Positions 10,494 to 19,948 of a stretch of 64,000 nucleotides of DNA are shown in pieces; position 1 is the first letter of the stretch; the number at the start of each line of letters is the position of its first letter. Source of the stretch: an uncultured delta proteobacterium (GTDB taxonomy: Bacteria > Desulfobacterota > Binatia > UBA9968); NCBI GenBank assembly GCA_963737905.1, contig CAVTUQ010000013.1:53349-117348 (forward strand). Direction: 5' to 3'. Both the position numbers and the translations under genes were made by a program. The notes beneath the pieces were generated by a model. It was not told the origin of the DNA. It made no database searches and worked only from the letters and a program-made list of their open reading frames with translations.

Positions 10494-11471
10494 ATGATGG
10501 ATCTCAAAAGACTCTTGCAGGTTATCGGTCTAATTTTGATTCTACCCGCGCTTGCTGCAGCGCAAGAAGAAATCAAGTTTCCTGTGGCGGCTTCGTCCAA
10601 GGTCCTTGGCTTTGCTCCCCTCTGGGCGGCCTCGGGAATGGGGTTTCTCAAACGGGAAGGTCTCGACTCCGAAGTGACTGCGATCCGTGGAACGGCGCCA
10701 ACGATGCAAGCGCTAATTTCCGATTCCATCTATGTCGCGCTCTCAGCCAACGACGGGCCTATTGGGCTGGTGGAGAAGGGAATGGACATCGCGATGATCG
10801 CCGGCGGAAGCAAAACCACGCACATGATCATGGGGGGCAAGGGATACAAGACGTATGAGGATTTGCGCGGCGCGACCATTGGCTCATCGACCCTGACTTC
10901 CGGAACCGCCTTTCTGCTTAGACGGGTGCTGAAAACCCAGGGCCTAGAATATCCAAGGGACTACAAGCTTGTAAACGTCGGAGGAAGCGGTCCGGCTTTC
11001 ACTGCTCTCAGCACGGGAAATGTTGCTGCAGCTATTCTCGCCGTTCCGATCAGTTTTCGCGCTCAGGAAATGGGCTTCAATTTGATCGGCAAGGTCACGG
11101 ATATCTTTCCCAATTATCTACTCTCAAGTTTTTCGGTTCGACGCGAATGGGCGGCGGCGCATCGCGAGGAAGTCGTCCGTTTTTTGAAAGCGGTGCTGCA
11201 GGCGCGCAAATGGCTTGAGGACAATCGAAAGGCGGGAGCGGAATTTTTAGCCAAAGAACTTGACATGAAGCCGAAGCTCGCGGAGCAGGGACTCGATTAT
11301 TATCTTGCGCAACGAGCTTGGGAGCCGGACCTGAGCATTGATCTAGATGGGCTAAAGACCGTGATTGAGATCTACGCGGAGCAGGCTGATTTGAAAGGTC
11401 CCGTTCCCAGTCCGGAGAAGTACGTCGACTTGAGTTACCTTAAGCAGGCCCGGAAAGAACTAGGTTGGTGA
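10494..11471 (+). CDS. NitT/TauT (SsuA/THI5-like) ABC substrate-binding protein
   Basis: PLWAA..GFLKREGLD, EDLRGATIG, VRFLKA, YVDLSYL; AGGAGG RBS before ATG 10494. Confidence 0.8.
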   Translation: MMDLKRLLQVIGLILILPALAAAQEEIKFPVAASSKVLGFAPLWAASGMGFLKREGLDSEVTAIRGTAPTMQALISDSIYVALSANDGPIGLVEKGMDIAMIAGGSKTTHMIMGGKGYKTYEDLRGATIGSSTLTSGTAFLLRRVLKTQGLEYPRDYKLVNVGGSGPAFTALSTGNVAAAILAVPISFRAQEMGFNLIGKVTDIFPNYLLSSFSVRREWAAAHREEVVRFLKAVLQARKWLEDNRKAGAEFLAKELDMKPKLAEQGLDYYLAQRAWEPDLSIDLDGLKTVIEIYAEQADLKGPVPSPEKYVDLSYLKQARKELGW

Positions 11472-11518
11472 TCATTCCAGGCTACAACTCGATTGAACGA
11501 CAACGCAAGACTATAAAG

Positions 11519-11767
11519 CTAACGACCGCAAAGTAAATTATAAAGCCACGCGAATATCGCACCGCCGATCAGCGCATCGACAAACCCCCAAATCAGGCCG
11601 ATCACACTGCCCGCGGGACTGATGCTGTAGCCGCGGTAAAGATGGCCGATAAAGGGAACGTAGCCGGTGCTTCCTTCAAAAGCCATAACCCACCAGGTAA
11701 GAACAAAAAGACCGATGCCCCAGATCAATGCGCATGTGAGTGCGAAAGCTTTTACATTCAATTTCAT
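11519..11767 (-). CDS. Small two-TM membrane protein (family often annotated 'bacteriophage holin')
   Basis: MKLNVKAFALTCALIWG...YRGYSISPAGSVIGLIWGFVDALIGGAIFAWLYN; GGAGG upstream of ATG 11767. Confidence 0.7.
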   Translation of the reverse strand: MKLNVKAFALTCALIWGIGLFVLTWWVMAFEGSTGYVPFIGHLYRGYSISPAGSVIGLIWGFVDALIGGAIFAWLYNLLCGR

Positions 11768-11899
11768 CCTCGGCCTCCGTTTTTGGCTGATAATGCCTTG
11801 TGCCTCATCCGTTCCACGCAACAGTCCCTGCAATTTCTGATGGATAAAACTCTTTCGATCTCCGCAGCTCATGAAGCCACGACACAAAGGCGCCTCGGA

Positions 11900-12802
11900 T
11901 CACGGCATTTCAAATTGAAATGCCTCCGGCCTGATGGTCAGGGCAGGACAGCGCGCTTTCCGGACGACCTTTTCGGCCACGCTCCCCAGGAGCATATACT
12001 CTAAGCCGGTTCTGCCGTGCGTTCCCATTACGATTAGATCGGCTTGTTTTTTCTCCGCCTTTTGCAAAATAGTTGTGGCTGCCTCACCCTCTTCAATGTA
12101 TTTTTCCCAGTCGGCTTTCTTCAGCGGCAACCCGGCAAGAAAAGACTGCCACTCGCTCTCCATGACCTCTGGCGGAGGCGGTGGAAGCGGAACGGACACA
12201 CCGAAGTCGTCCGCATACGCGACGGCATACAAGGGATACAAATCCACGACATGCAAGAAAATGATGCGGCCATGAAAGCTCTCTGCCAAGATGAGGGCTT
12301 CCAGGGCCGCTTTCTTAGCGCAATCCGAGAAATCCGTCGGGACTAAAAATGTTTTAGCTCCCTCACTGAGAGCCTTCTTCGCCACCATTACGGGCACCAT
12401 GGCCTTACGCACGACTCGCTCGCTGGTACTGCCGAGAAAGTGCGCCTCCGGTTGGGAGGCACCGCCAACCACGATCAGATCGGCCTGCCACGCGCGACGC
12501 GCGATGATCAACTCAACGAATGGTTTGCCGGTTCGCGCCTCGTACTCCACCTCAAGATGGGCAAGTTCTGGGCTCGCCGCCAACGCCTGAAGTTTTGCGC
12601 CGCTCTTCTGGGCGATCTCTTCTAAACTATATGGAGAAGTAAGAGGATGAGAGATTCTTTGATAGGTATGTTGCGGTTCTATGACATGCACCAGGCGAAG
12701 GGCGGCGCCACATCTTTTAGCAAGCACCGTTGCCGATCTTAGCGCTGTTTCTCCACCAGCTCTCAGGTCATGGCCTACAATAATCCTCTTGAGTTCAGTC
12801 AT
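11900..12802 (-). CDS. Universal stress protein (tandem USP domains)
   Basis: IIVGHD, ADLIVVG, FLGSTSERVVRKA, LVPTDFS, DLIVMGTHGRTG..LLGSVAEKVVRKA.CP. Confidence 0.92.
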   Translation of the reverse strand: MTELKRIIVGHDLRAGGETALRSATVLAKRCGAALRLVHVIEPQHTYQRISHPLTSPYSLEEIAQKSGAKLQALAASPELAHLEVEYEARTGKPFVELIIARRAWQADLIVVGGASQPEAHFLGSTSERVVRKAMVPVMVAKKALSEGAKTFLVPTDFSDCAKKAALEALILAESFHGRIIFLHVVDLYPLYAVAYADDFGVSVPLPPPPPEVMESEWQSFLAGLPLKKADWEKYIEEGEAATTILQKAEKKQADLIVMGTHGRTGLEYMLLGSVAEKVVRKARCPALTIRPEAFQFEMP

Positions 12803-12840
12803 ACAGAAGACATCTTTCAAACCCAAAGTCGCGTTCAGTG

Positions 12841-13473
12841 TCAGAACGTGTACTGTTCGGCCATGTTACTCCCTAAGCGGTCGTGGACCGTGTCCCAGTC
12901 GATGTTGGCGAAGAAGGCATCGACATACTTAGCGCGCTCGCTGGGTTTGTAGTCGAGCAGAAACGCATGTTCCCAGACGTCCATCACCAGTACCGGCCGA
13001 AATCCAGCGATGTTGCCGATTTCGTGCAGCGAGATCCAGTGATTCGTCAGACGGCCGCGGGATGGGTCTTGGTAGCAAATCACCCAACCCACGCCGCGCA
13101 TGTTGCCCTTGTTCACGAAGTCTCTTTTCCAATTTTCATAGCGACCAAAGTTTTCACCAGCCGTCTGATAAAAGCGTGAACTTTGTCGCGGGTCTCCGTC
13201 GCCGGCTCTTTTCAGGTTCCCGAAATAATATTCGTGCAAAAGCATCCCGTTGTATTCAAACCCTAACCGCCGGGTCAGCTCCGAATAAATTTCCATGTCA
13301 GATGGCTCGATACTTCCGTTCTTCGAGTAGTGTGACAGTTTATCCATCAAATGATTGGTTTCTTTGACGTATCCTTCATAAAGCTTGAAGTGCATCTCTA
13401 GCGTGCGGTCAGAGATGCCGTGGAGCCCGCTCAGGTTGAAATGTTTCGCCGCGTATAAGCCCGTCTCGTACAT
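12841..13473 (-). CDS. Fe/Mn superoxide dismutase family protein (ChrC-like)
   Basis: Metal ligands H in MHFKLYEGYV, H in LLHEYYF, and the DVWEHAF signature. Confidence 0.9.
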   Translation of the reverse strand: MYETGLYAAKHFNLSGLHGISDRTLEMHFKLYEGYVKETNHLMDKLSHYSKNGSIEPSDMEIYSELTRRLGFEYNGMLLHEYYFGNLKRAGDGDPRQSSRFYQTAGENFGRYENWKRDFVNKGNMRGVGWVICYQDPSRGRLTNHWISLHEIGNIAGFRPVLVMDVWEHAFLLDYKPSERAKYVDAFFANIDWDTVHDRLGSNMAEQYTF

Positions 13474-13581
13474 GGGTCACCTCCTGTCGTTACTTATCTG
13501 GGACTATCTTTGGCCTCACCACTGTTTTCCATCGAGCGATCCAGTCATAAGCGAAGGGGAACGCTCGTTGGCGAGGTACTT

Positions 13582-13938
13582 CTAGCTCAACCGGTGCGAA
13601 TCTTTCCAGTCCACATAGATCGCAAAGAGACAAACCACTCCACCGATCACCAAGTTATTCATCGTCGCCAATCTGATGCCGTAATAGTTGTATAAGAGCG
13701 GATTGATGAACGTGAGGATGGCCGCGACCGTGACGATCCAATCCGTAACTAAAATCTCCTCGCTGGTGTGAGAAAAAAGACGCCCGAATGAAATGAGCGC
13801 TATGACAAACCCTAGGATGAAATCCTCCCAGGTTGTTTTAAAAACTCCCCTATACAAAATTCGCAAAACAAAAGGCGATAGCATGAGCCAAATGCCCAGC
13901 ACGAGATTCGCCCACAAAAGCCGTCTCAACCCTGTCAC
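13582..13938 (-). CDS. SPW-repeat-like small membrane protein
   Basis: WANLVLGIWLMLSPFVL; four TM helices; GGAGG overlapping region upstream. Confidence 0.65.
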   Translation of the reverse strand: MTGLRRLLWANLVLGIWLMLSPFVLRILYRGVFKTTWEDFILGFVIALISFGRLFSHTSEEILVTDWIVTVAAILTFINPLLYNYYGIRLATMNNLVIGGVVCLFAIYVDWKDSHRLS

Positions 13939-14072
13939 CTCCTTGGACTAAAATTTCCAGCGTCGCTTTTTCTCATCTTCGTGCAATGGTTTCGCTGGAC
14001 GTTATTTTTAGATGCGCAAGTCATGTGCATGTTCCGAGGGCTAATCAGATGTTTTGTCCAACTTTTCTAATC

Positions 14073-14087
14073 GCAAATAGCATGCCT
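14073..14087 (-). promoter_or_regulatory. Sigma-54 -24/-12 promoter candidate for the SPW-SOD-USP operon
   Basis: Minus strand AGGCATGCTATTTGC = GG-N10-GC. Confidence 0.55.
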
Positions 14088-14222
14088 CGAAAAATCCCAT
14101 GGGCTCTTGTTTTAAATTAATCGCGAGCCACAAAAACGTCACACATGTGTCTATTCTGCAGCCATCTGGACACATGGTTCTTGCACGCCGCTAACAATGT
14201 CGGGGAATTACGCAAGTCGCCA

Positions 14223-14237
14223 TGGCATGCTTGTTGC
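14223..14237 (+). promoter_or_regulatory. Sigma-54 -24/-12 promoter candidate
   Basis: TGGCATGCTTGTTGC matches TGGCA-N6-TTGC. Confidence 0.65.
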
Positions 14238-14296
14238 CGTGTATAAAACTGGACATTTTGCGAAGTGTACGAATCGAGAAGGGAGGTCATCGAACA

Positions 14297-14480
14297 ATGA
14301 TAACGCAACTAAAATTTCTCCTGCTGTTCGTTGTTCTGATTTTGATGAGTGTGGATGGCTTCTTACGGCCGGATGGCCGCGGTGGGGTTGGTCATATCGT
14401 TGATCAGTATCATCCTAATCATCCCTAGCGCAGAGATTTTCTCGCTGGGAGATGGGCTAAGAGCGAATGCTTTCGAATGA
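14297..14480 (+). CDS. Small hydrophobic protein (43 aa as read; ~60 aa two-TM if one indel near 14363 is corrected)
   Basis: GGGAGG RBS, ATG 14297, MITQLKFLLLFVVLILM; a second hydrophobic stretch MAAVGLVISLISIILII lies in the shifted frame. Confidence 0.4.
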
Positions 14481-14517
14481 AGTTCTGTTTTCGAGGAGTC
14501 CTCGACTGGGATTTGCA

Positions 14518-14967
14518 TCAACCCATTTTTTCGACATGATTCGAATTGCCGCAGGACGTCGGCTTGCGAGTTCGACCTCTTACCGATCGGAATTGAATTC
14601 GCCTGCGCGAGGTTGTGCCACGCAGGCGATTTGCCGTCCATTGCATTAACCCACGCCGCAAAAATCCCGGATTGAGACCGGAGACATCACAAATACTCCG
14701 AAACGAGAAGATACCATCGGCTTCCTCACGCCAGAACCATGCTTTCACCTCACGAAAAAGCGCTTGCCCTCGCGGTGATTCGGAGAATGCGAATTTTTGA
14801 TAGGTCTCCACAGCTTGCGCCAGGACAGCGAACATGAGCGCCTTTTCCGGCTCCCCCGGCCTAGCCCGCCGGTAGTTTTTCAAATACTGCTGGGAAGCGA
14901 GAATATCCGGCTCGTATGGAAGCAGGGATGGTCCGTTCCAATTAAATCTAATGATCTCTTTCGTCAT
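14518..14967 (-). CDS. Conserved hypothetical protein
   Basis: 149 aa ORF (EPDILASQQY, PEKALMFAVL, WF...IFSF..IC..SGLNP.FLRRGL) directly downstream of a sigma-54 motif. Confidence 0.65.
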   Translation of the reverse strand: MTKEIIRFNWNGPSLLPYEPDILASQQYLKNYRRARPGEPEKALMFAVLAQAVETYQKFAFSESPRGQALFREVKAWFWREEADGIFSFRSICDVSGLNPGFLRRGLMQWTANRLRGTTSRRRIQFRSVRGRTRKPTSCGNSNHVEKMG

Positions 14968-14982
14968 GCGTTCTAGCGAAGG

Positions 14983-14997
14983 GCAATAGCGAGGCCA
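14983..14997 (-). promoter_or_regulatory. Sigma-54 -24/-12 promoter candidate (near-leaderless transcript)
   Basis: Minus strand TGGCCTCGCTATTGC, 15 nt upstream of ATG 14967. Confidence 0.6.
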
Positions 14998-15262
14998 AAA
15001 CCAAATTATTTCGTAGAGACAGACGCTTATGAATTTGGGAAAGAAAAGAGCGAGCGCCGAAGAGGTTCAACTGTGCGGGATTTGCACACTCTAAAGAGGT
15101 CGACGAACTTTGATGTAAAGTATGTAAAGTTTGTTAGCAGAACGAAAATAGTGACGAGTTAAGCGGTCAAACTCATAAGGCGGATTATTTAAAAAGAATT
15201 GTAATTGGACAATTTAGCTTGTTATTGGTATTCCTAGATCCTCGTTTGTAAACAAGGGCATC

Positions 15263-16276
15263 ATGGTAAAACCGTCTTCGGCCGCAAGGAACGACGTCTT
15301 TTCTCCTCAACCCTACCTGCCAAACCAATTCGAGGGGATGCTTGGAGTCAGCCTGCCGATGCTGGAAGTATTCCAACGCATCATCGAAAGCGCCTCAGCT
15401 GACATCCCGGTCTTGATCACCGGTGAGACCGGAACCGGAAAAGATCTCGTCGCCGGTGCAATCCACAATCGAAGTAGAAGAAAAGACAAACCATTTATCG
15501 CGGTAAACACAGGAGCGATGGCTGCCGAGCTGATAGCGACTGAACTGTTCGGCCATGAAAAAGGCGCATACACCGGTGCCATCGGTATGCGTAAGGGCAG
15601 TTTCGAACAAGCCAACGGCGGCACGATTTTCCTGGATGAGATCAGCACGATGGATGATAAATGTCAGATCTCCCTGCTTCGCGTATTGGAGACAAAAATG
15701 TTTCGTCGTGTGGGTGGCGAGAAAAACATTCGAGCCGACGTGCGGGTCATCGCTGCGACTAACGAGGACCTAGAGGCGGCGATCAAGAAGAATAAATTTC
15801 GTGAAGATCTCTACTATAGATTCGACGTCTTCCGCATTAATCTACCTCCATTGAGGGAAAGACCCGGCGGGCTTACCGTTCTCACCCATTATTTCTTAGC
15901 TCAGTTTGGCGGGGTCTATAATAAACCCCTACGGACCGTCTCCAACGAGACGCTCCGATGCCTTGAGAGTTATTCCTGGCCGGGTAACGTGCGGGAGCTC
16001 AAGAACGTGATCCAGCGAGCCGTCCTTATTGCGAAAGGTGAAGAACTAACAACCGATCTTCTCCCGGCGAGAATTAGAACCGCCGGGAAGTCCGATAGGG
16101 AGTCTCTCCTGGCAAGCTTTCCGATCCATGTAGGAATGAGCCTTGAAGCTGCGGAACGGGAATTTATCGCGATGACACTCGCCTCTACTGCAGGGAACAA
16201 AAAGAGAGCCGCCTCTATCCTCGGCATTAGCCGCCGGGCTCTTTACGACAAGCTTAAAAGACACGGCTTGTTATAG
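15263..16276 (+). CDS. Sigma-54-dependent transcriptional activator (AAA+ plus Fis HTH, no N-terminal sensory domain)
   Basis: [35 protein letters not shown]-terminal [15 protein letters not shown]. Confidence 0.95.
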   Translation: MVKPSSAARNDVFSPQPYLPNQFEGMLGVSLPMLEVFQRIIESASADIPVLITGETGTGKDLVAGAIHNRSRRKDKPFIAVNTGAMAAELIATELFGHEKGAYTGAIGMRKGSFEQANGGTIFLDEISTMDDKCQISLLRVLETKMFRRVGGEKNIRADVRVIAATNEDLEAAIKKNKFREDLYYRFDVFRINLPPLRERPGGLTVLTHYFLAQFGGVYNKPLRTVSNETLRCLESYSWPGNVRELKNVIQRAVLIAKGEELTTDLLPARIRTAGKSDRESLLASFPIHVGMSLEAAEREFIAMTLASTAGNKKRAASILGISRRALYDKLKRHGLL

Positions 16277-16372
16277 AAGGATAAGAAATATTTGATCTCG
16301 CTCAAAAAACTCGCTGCCCGCCGCTCCTCGTGTAAGTTATTTGCACACGACTCACGAAATTTCCTTAAATGT

Positions 16373-16387
16373 GTGCAAAATTTGCAC
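16373..16387. promoter_or_regulatory. Palindromic operator/enhancer candidate GTGCAAAATTTGCAC
   Basis: Perfect inverted repeat with 1-nt spacer; related copies at 15073-15087, 16332-16346 and 16388-16403. Confidence 0.55.
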
Positions 16388-16464
16388 GCAGGAAACCTTG
16401 CACGCAGTACCCCACCCTCGCTTTCATATCATAACTTGCCGGATTGGCGGCAATAAGACCGACT

Positions 16465-16479
16465 TGGCATCTTGGTTGC
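16465..16479 (+). promoter_or_regulatory. Sigma-54 -24/-12 promoter candidate
   Basis: TGGCATCTTGGTTGC, ~80 nt downstream of the palindrome. Confidence 0.7.
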
Positions 16480-16642
16480 TCTAAGTTGGTAGGGGGTTGG
16501 ACTGGAAATCAACAGCAGCCCTAACACCGTGGCGTGATACATCTTTCGCTGTGACGTCAACAGATCGGGTTCTGACTCGTTAGTTAAAGACTTGGCAGCA
16601 CAGCATCTTGCTCCGTTGGCATCTCGGGGTGAGCGGTCTTCA

Positions 16643-17014
16643 ATGAGGATAGAGAAAATCATGCTCGTAGGCTCGGAAATCCCCCACGCGCTGATGGAGC
16701 TACTCCTTGATACGGGGTCGAGGGTAACGAAACTTCCGAGCGGGAAAACAGCCGTGTCTCACGCCCACCGAGAAACGTTCGATGCCGCGATCTTAGTCTC
16801 AACCGGGGAGGAAATGGACCTCGCGGAAACCGTATTCAATTTGAGAGACATCAATCGCTCGATGGAGATGATCATCGTGTCCGACGGTGGGGATACTGAC
16901 GAAGGGGCGATTCCCAAGGAAGCTCTCGCGAGTTTCGTTCCCAACGCAAAGGTCATGACGACACAAGAACTAAAGAAGCATTTCGACTTAGTCATAAAGG
17001 TTTCCACAATGTAA
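16643..17014 (+). CDS. Degenerate single-domain receiver (CheY-like) protein
   Basis: KIMLVG...G..V...SGKTAV.....FDAAIL pattern of a receiver fold; canonical acidic pocket residues absent. Confidence 0.5.
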   Translation: MRIEKIMLVGSEIPHALMELLLDTGSRVTKLPSGKTAVSHAHRETFDAAILVSTGEEMDLAETVFNLRDINRSMEMIIVSDGGDTDEGAIPKEALASFVPNAKVMTTQELKKHFDLVIKVSTM

Positions 17015-17045
17015 TTTCAAAAAGCGACGTTCGGAGGAATCAACT

Positions 17046-17921
17046 ATGGCGAATGAAAAAATAGCCGCGGAAGAAGTGCTCTTGGATGTTAGCGTTGCCG
17101 AAGCATCGAAGCTCTATAAGTTCTACCTCAACCAAGAGAGCAAAATCCTAGGAACCAGTGCGGTCATCATATTTTTGCTCGTATGGGAGTTTATGGGTGG
17201 CGCCCTGAGCGTTTACAATCCGATCCCCGTTTTGCGAATCAATCCTATGTTCATGAGCGCCCCATCGTTGATCTTCAAGGCGGCGGTTACCATGTTCTCT
17301 TCGGGAGAGATCTATCATGATCTCAAAATCAGCAGCATCGAGTTTTTCTGGGGATACGTGCTCGCGGTCATATTCGCCATTCCGTTCGGCATTATCACGG
17401 GCTGGTATAAGAGAGCGAGCTACCTCTTTGATCCCTTCGTTAACGCCATGAATGCGACGCCCCGGGTGGCCCTTTTGCCACTGGTTATCATTTGGTTGGG
17501 AATCGGCATTCTTTCCAAGGTCGGCATCATTTTTCTCGGCGCGGTTTTCCCGATGTTGATTAATGCACGGGACGGAGTGAAAACCACGCCACTGAGTCTC
17601 ATCAATGCTGCGAGGAGTTTCGGCGCCTCGGAATGGCAAGTGTTTAAGAGCGTCGTTTTCCCTTCCACTCTTCCCTTCGTTTTAACCGGCTTGAGAATCG
17701 CTGTAGGGCGGGCACTTGTCGGCGTTCTGGTCGGGGAACTGTATGCGGCCACGGCGGGAATCGGTTTCATGATCACCGTGGCGGGCGCAACTTTCCAGAC
17801 GGACAAAGTTTTCGTCGGCGTTTTGATTTTTGCCATCGCTGGAATTATTCTCACCGATATCCTTGATAGGATCGAACACCGGTTTGATAAATGGCGGCCC
17901 CAAGTGGGGGCAGCTGAATAA
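17046..17921 (+). CDS. NitT/TauT ABC transporter permease (SsuC/TauC-like)
   Basis: PRVALLPLVIIWLGIG, AARSFGAS..Q.F..VVFP, GLRIAVGRALVGVLVGE. Confidence 0.9.
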   Translation: MANEKIAAEEVLLDVSVAEASKLYKFYLNQESKILGTSAVIIFLLVWEFMGGALSVYNPIPVLRINPMFMSAPSLIFKAAVTMFSSGEIYHDLKISSIEFFWGYVLAVIFAIPFGIITGWYKRASYLFDPFVNAMNATPRVALLPLVIIWLGIGILSKVGIIFLGAVFPMLINARDGVKTTPLSLINAARSFGASEWQVFKSVVFPSTLPFVLTGLRIAVGRALVGVLVGELYAATAGIGFMITVAGATFQTDKVFVGVLIFAIAGIILTDILDRIEHRFDKWRPQVGAAE

Positions 17922-17974
17922 ATGACCGCTTGTCACTGAGCCGTTTTCCCGCGACAATACTCAAAATCCTTTTG

Positions 17975-19717
17975 ATGGAAGACGGCAACTCTCACTCACC
18001 AATGGTCCGCGAGGCAATCGAAAGTCGCTTCGCGTGGAAGGAATATCGCCTTCTTTTTTACTCGGTTCTGGTCGGAGTCGCAGGCGGATTAGGAGCACAG
18101 TTATTTGTTGGGCTCCTTAACATTGCGACACGCTTACTTTTGGTGGGTATTGCGGGCTACCAACCACCCGAGCCGGGAACTTTGAATCCGGAGCCTATTA
18201 TTGGTCCATGGGGCCTTTGGCTGATTCCCGTAGCAACCACTTTGGGCGGGTTAATTTCTGGAGTCTTGGTTTATACCTTTGCTCCCGAGGCGGAAGGTCA
18301 CGGCACCGACGCTGCCGTGGAAGCCTTTCACTTCAAGGGCGGTAAAATCAGACCGATTGTGCCCCTGATAAAGGCTATTGCTTCCGCGATTACTATTGGC
18401 TCCGGCGGCGCAGCCGGACGCGAGGGGCCGACGGCGCAAATCAGCGTCGGCGTTGGTTCCATTCTGGCAGATTTCTTAGGGCTGCCAGACGAAGAGAGAC
18501 GGATTTTGGTCCTTGCAGGCATGGCTGCGGGGCTAGCCGCCATTTTCAGATCGCCGCTTGGAATGGCGATCTTTGCCGTTGAGATTCTCTATTCAGGCAT
18601 GGCCTTTGAAACCGAAGCGCTGATTTATACGGTCATCGCGTCGGTCGTAGCATACGCGGTAAACGGTTTGTTCGTCGGTTGGTCGCCGATCTTTCTTTTC
18701 CCCGAAACGGTCCACTTTACCCGGCCCATAGAGCTAGTGGGCTACGCCGCGCTTGGGATCCTAGCTGGAGTCATCGGTGCCATCGAACCGCCGATCTTCT
18801 ACGGGATTCGCGATCTATTTCGATCCCTCAGAGTTCCCAACCATGTAAAGCCCGCCATCGGCGGCCTTTTGCTGGGGTTGTTGGCTCTCGTGGTTCCCGA
18901 AGCGATATCCACTGGATACGGTTGGATTCAAAAAGCGATGACCGGGAATTACGTCGGCTGGTCTCTGATCCTTCTGGCTCTCGTCAAAATCCTGGCAATG
19001 TCCTTAACGATCTCGTCCGGCGGTTCAGGTGGTGTTTTTGGACCCAATGTTTACATAGGCGGAATGCTGGGCGCTTGGGTCGCGTATGCCACGGATCAAT
19101 TCTTCCCCGAGATGGCCCTCAACACCGCTGCTTTCGCCGTAGTGGGCATGGCCGCCGTATTTGCGGGCACCGCGCGAGTGCCCATCGCCACGCTGGTCAT
19201 GGTGGCGGAGATGACCGGCGGCTACGGTCTCATCGTTCCCTCCATGCTCGCCACGATCATTGCTTTTGTTGTCGAGCGGACGGTCTCCGCGCGTTTCCGA
19301 TACCCGCGTCTCTATGAAGCGCAAGTCGAGCTAAGATCGGATTCACCGACCCATCATGAGAGCATGCTTCGAGCGGCTTTCGCGGTCCTCGAGCGAGGTC
19401 CCCTGGTCGACCTTCGCAACGTCACTTTCCCGCATCTCGCTTCGCTCCTCCGTCATGGCACGCCTATACCTATCCACGGGGGTCAAGGGAGGTTGTTGAC
19501 AGTGAACGTTGGGGAGCATTCGCAATTAGCGGACCGTGTGATCGCGGACATCTTCGAGCAATTTCCTGATTTGCTGGCCGTCGCGATTATCCGTGATCAG
19601 CACGTGCAACTCCCCCGGGGTGCCACCCGCCTTGCAGGGGGAGATCAACTGCTCATTGTAGCAAGCGAGACTACGAGCGTGGAAGCTTTCAGGCGCTTGG
19701 CACGCAGCCGGGCTTAG
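17975..19717 (+). CDS. ClC chloride channel / H+/Cl- antiporter with C-terminal TrkA-C (RCK_C) domain
   Basis: GHGTD, GGAAGREGP, SGGSGGVFGP, EMTGGY; tail VAIIRD....PRGATRL..GDQL. Confidence 0.9.
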   Translation: MEDGNSHSPMVREAIESRFAWKEYRLLFYSVLVGVAGGLGAQLFVGLLNIATRLLLVGIAGYQPPEPGTLNPEPIIGPWGLWLIPVATTLGGLISGVLVYTFAPEAEGHGTDAAVEAFHFKGGKIRPIVPLIKAIASAITIGSGGAAGREGPTAQISVGVGSILADFLGLPDEERRILVLAGMAAGLAAIFRSPLGMAIFAVEILYSGMAFETEALIYTVIASVVAYAVNGLFVGWSPIFLFPETVHFTRPIELVGYAALGILAGVIGAIEPPIFYGIRDLFRSLRVPNHVKPAIGGLLLGLLALVVPEAISTGYGWIQKAMTGNYVGWSLILLALVKILAMSLTISSGGSGGVFGPNVYIGGMLGAWVAYATDQFFPEMALNTAAFAVVGMAAVFAGTARVPIATLVMVAEMTGGYGLIVPSMLATIIAFVVERTVSARFRYPRLYEAQVELRSDSPTHHESMLRAAFAVLERGPLVDLRNVTFPHLASLLRHGTPIPIHGGQGRLLTVNVGEHSQLADRVIADIFEQFPDLLAVAIIRDQHVQLPRGATRLAGGDQLLIVASETTSVEAFRRLARSRA

Positions 19718-19948
19718 ATACCAGCCCCGGCGGTGACCCCTAACGATCCTGAATCTCGTCATAAAGCCCACTGAAATCGGGGTTGATTTTCGCAAGCATC
19801 TGGTTGACACTGGATGCAAACGGAAAGCGATTATCAATTCGAAGGGCCTTAAATATCCGTGAAGGTTCACGGTCAGTCTATATTAATGTCGGAAAATCTC
19901 TCCGGCGGTAGAACTAAAAAACAATAATGCCGAGGATATAATAGGACC

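Noticed and set aside
11519-11767. Holin-like gene as prophage evidence
   Set aside because: No endolysin, structural or integrase genes nearby; it lies at the end of a stress operon.
14013-14030. Additional sigma-54-like motif (minus strand TGCACATGACTTGC)
   Set aside because: Lacks the invariant GG at -24.
10494-17921. Stress cluster inserted between a NitT/TauT binding protein and its permease
   Set aside because: No target duplication, att site or mobility gene; orphan ABC components are common in this window.
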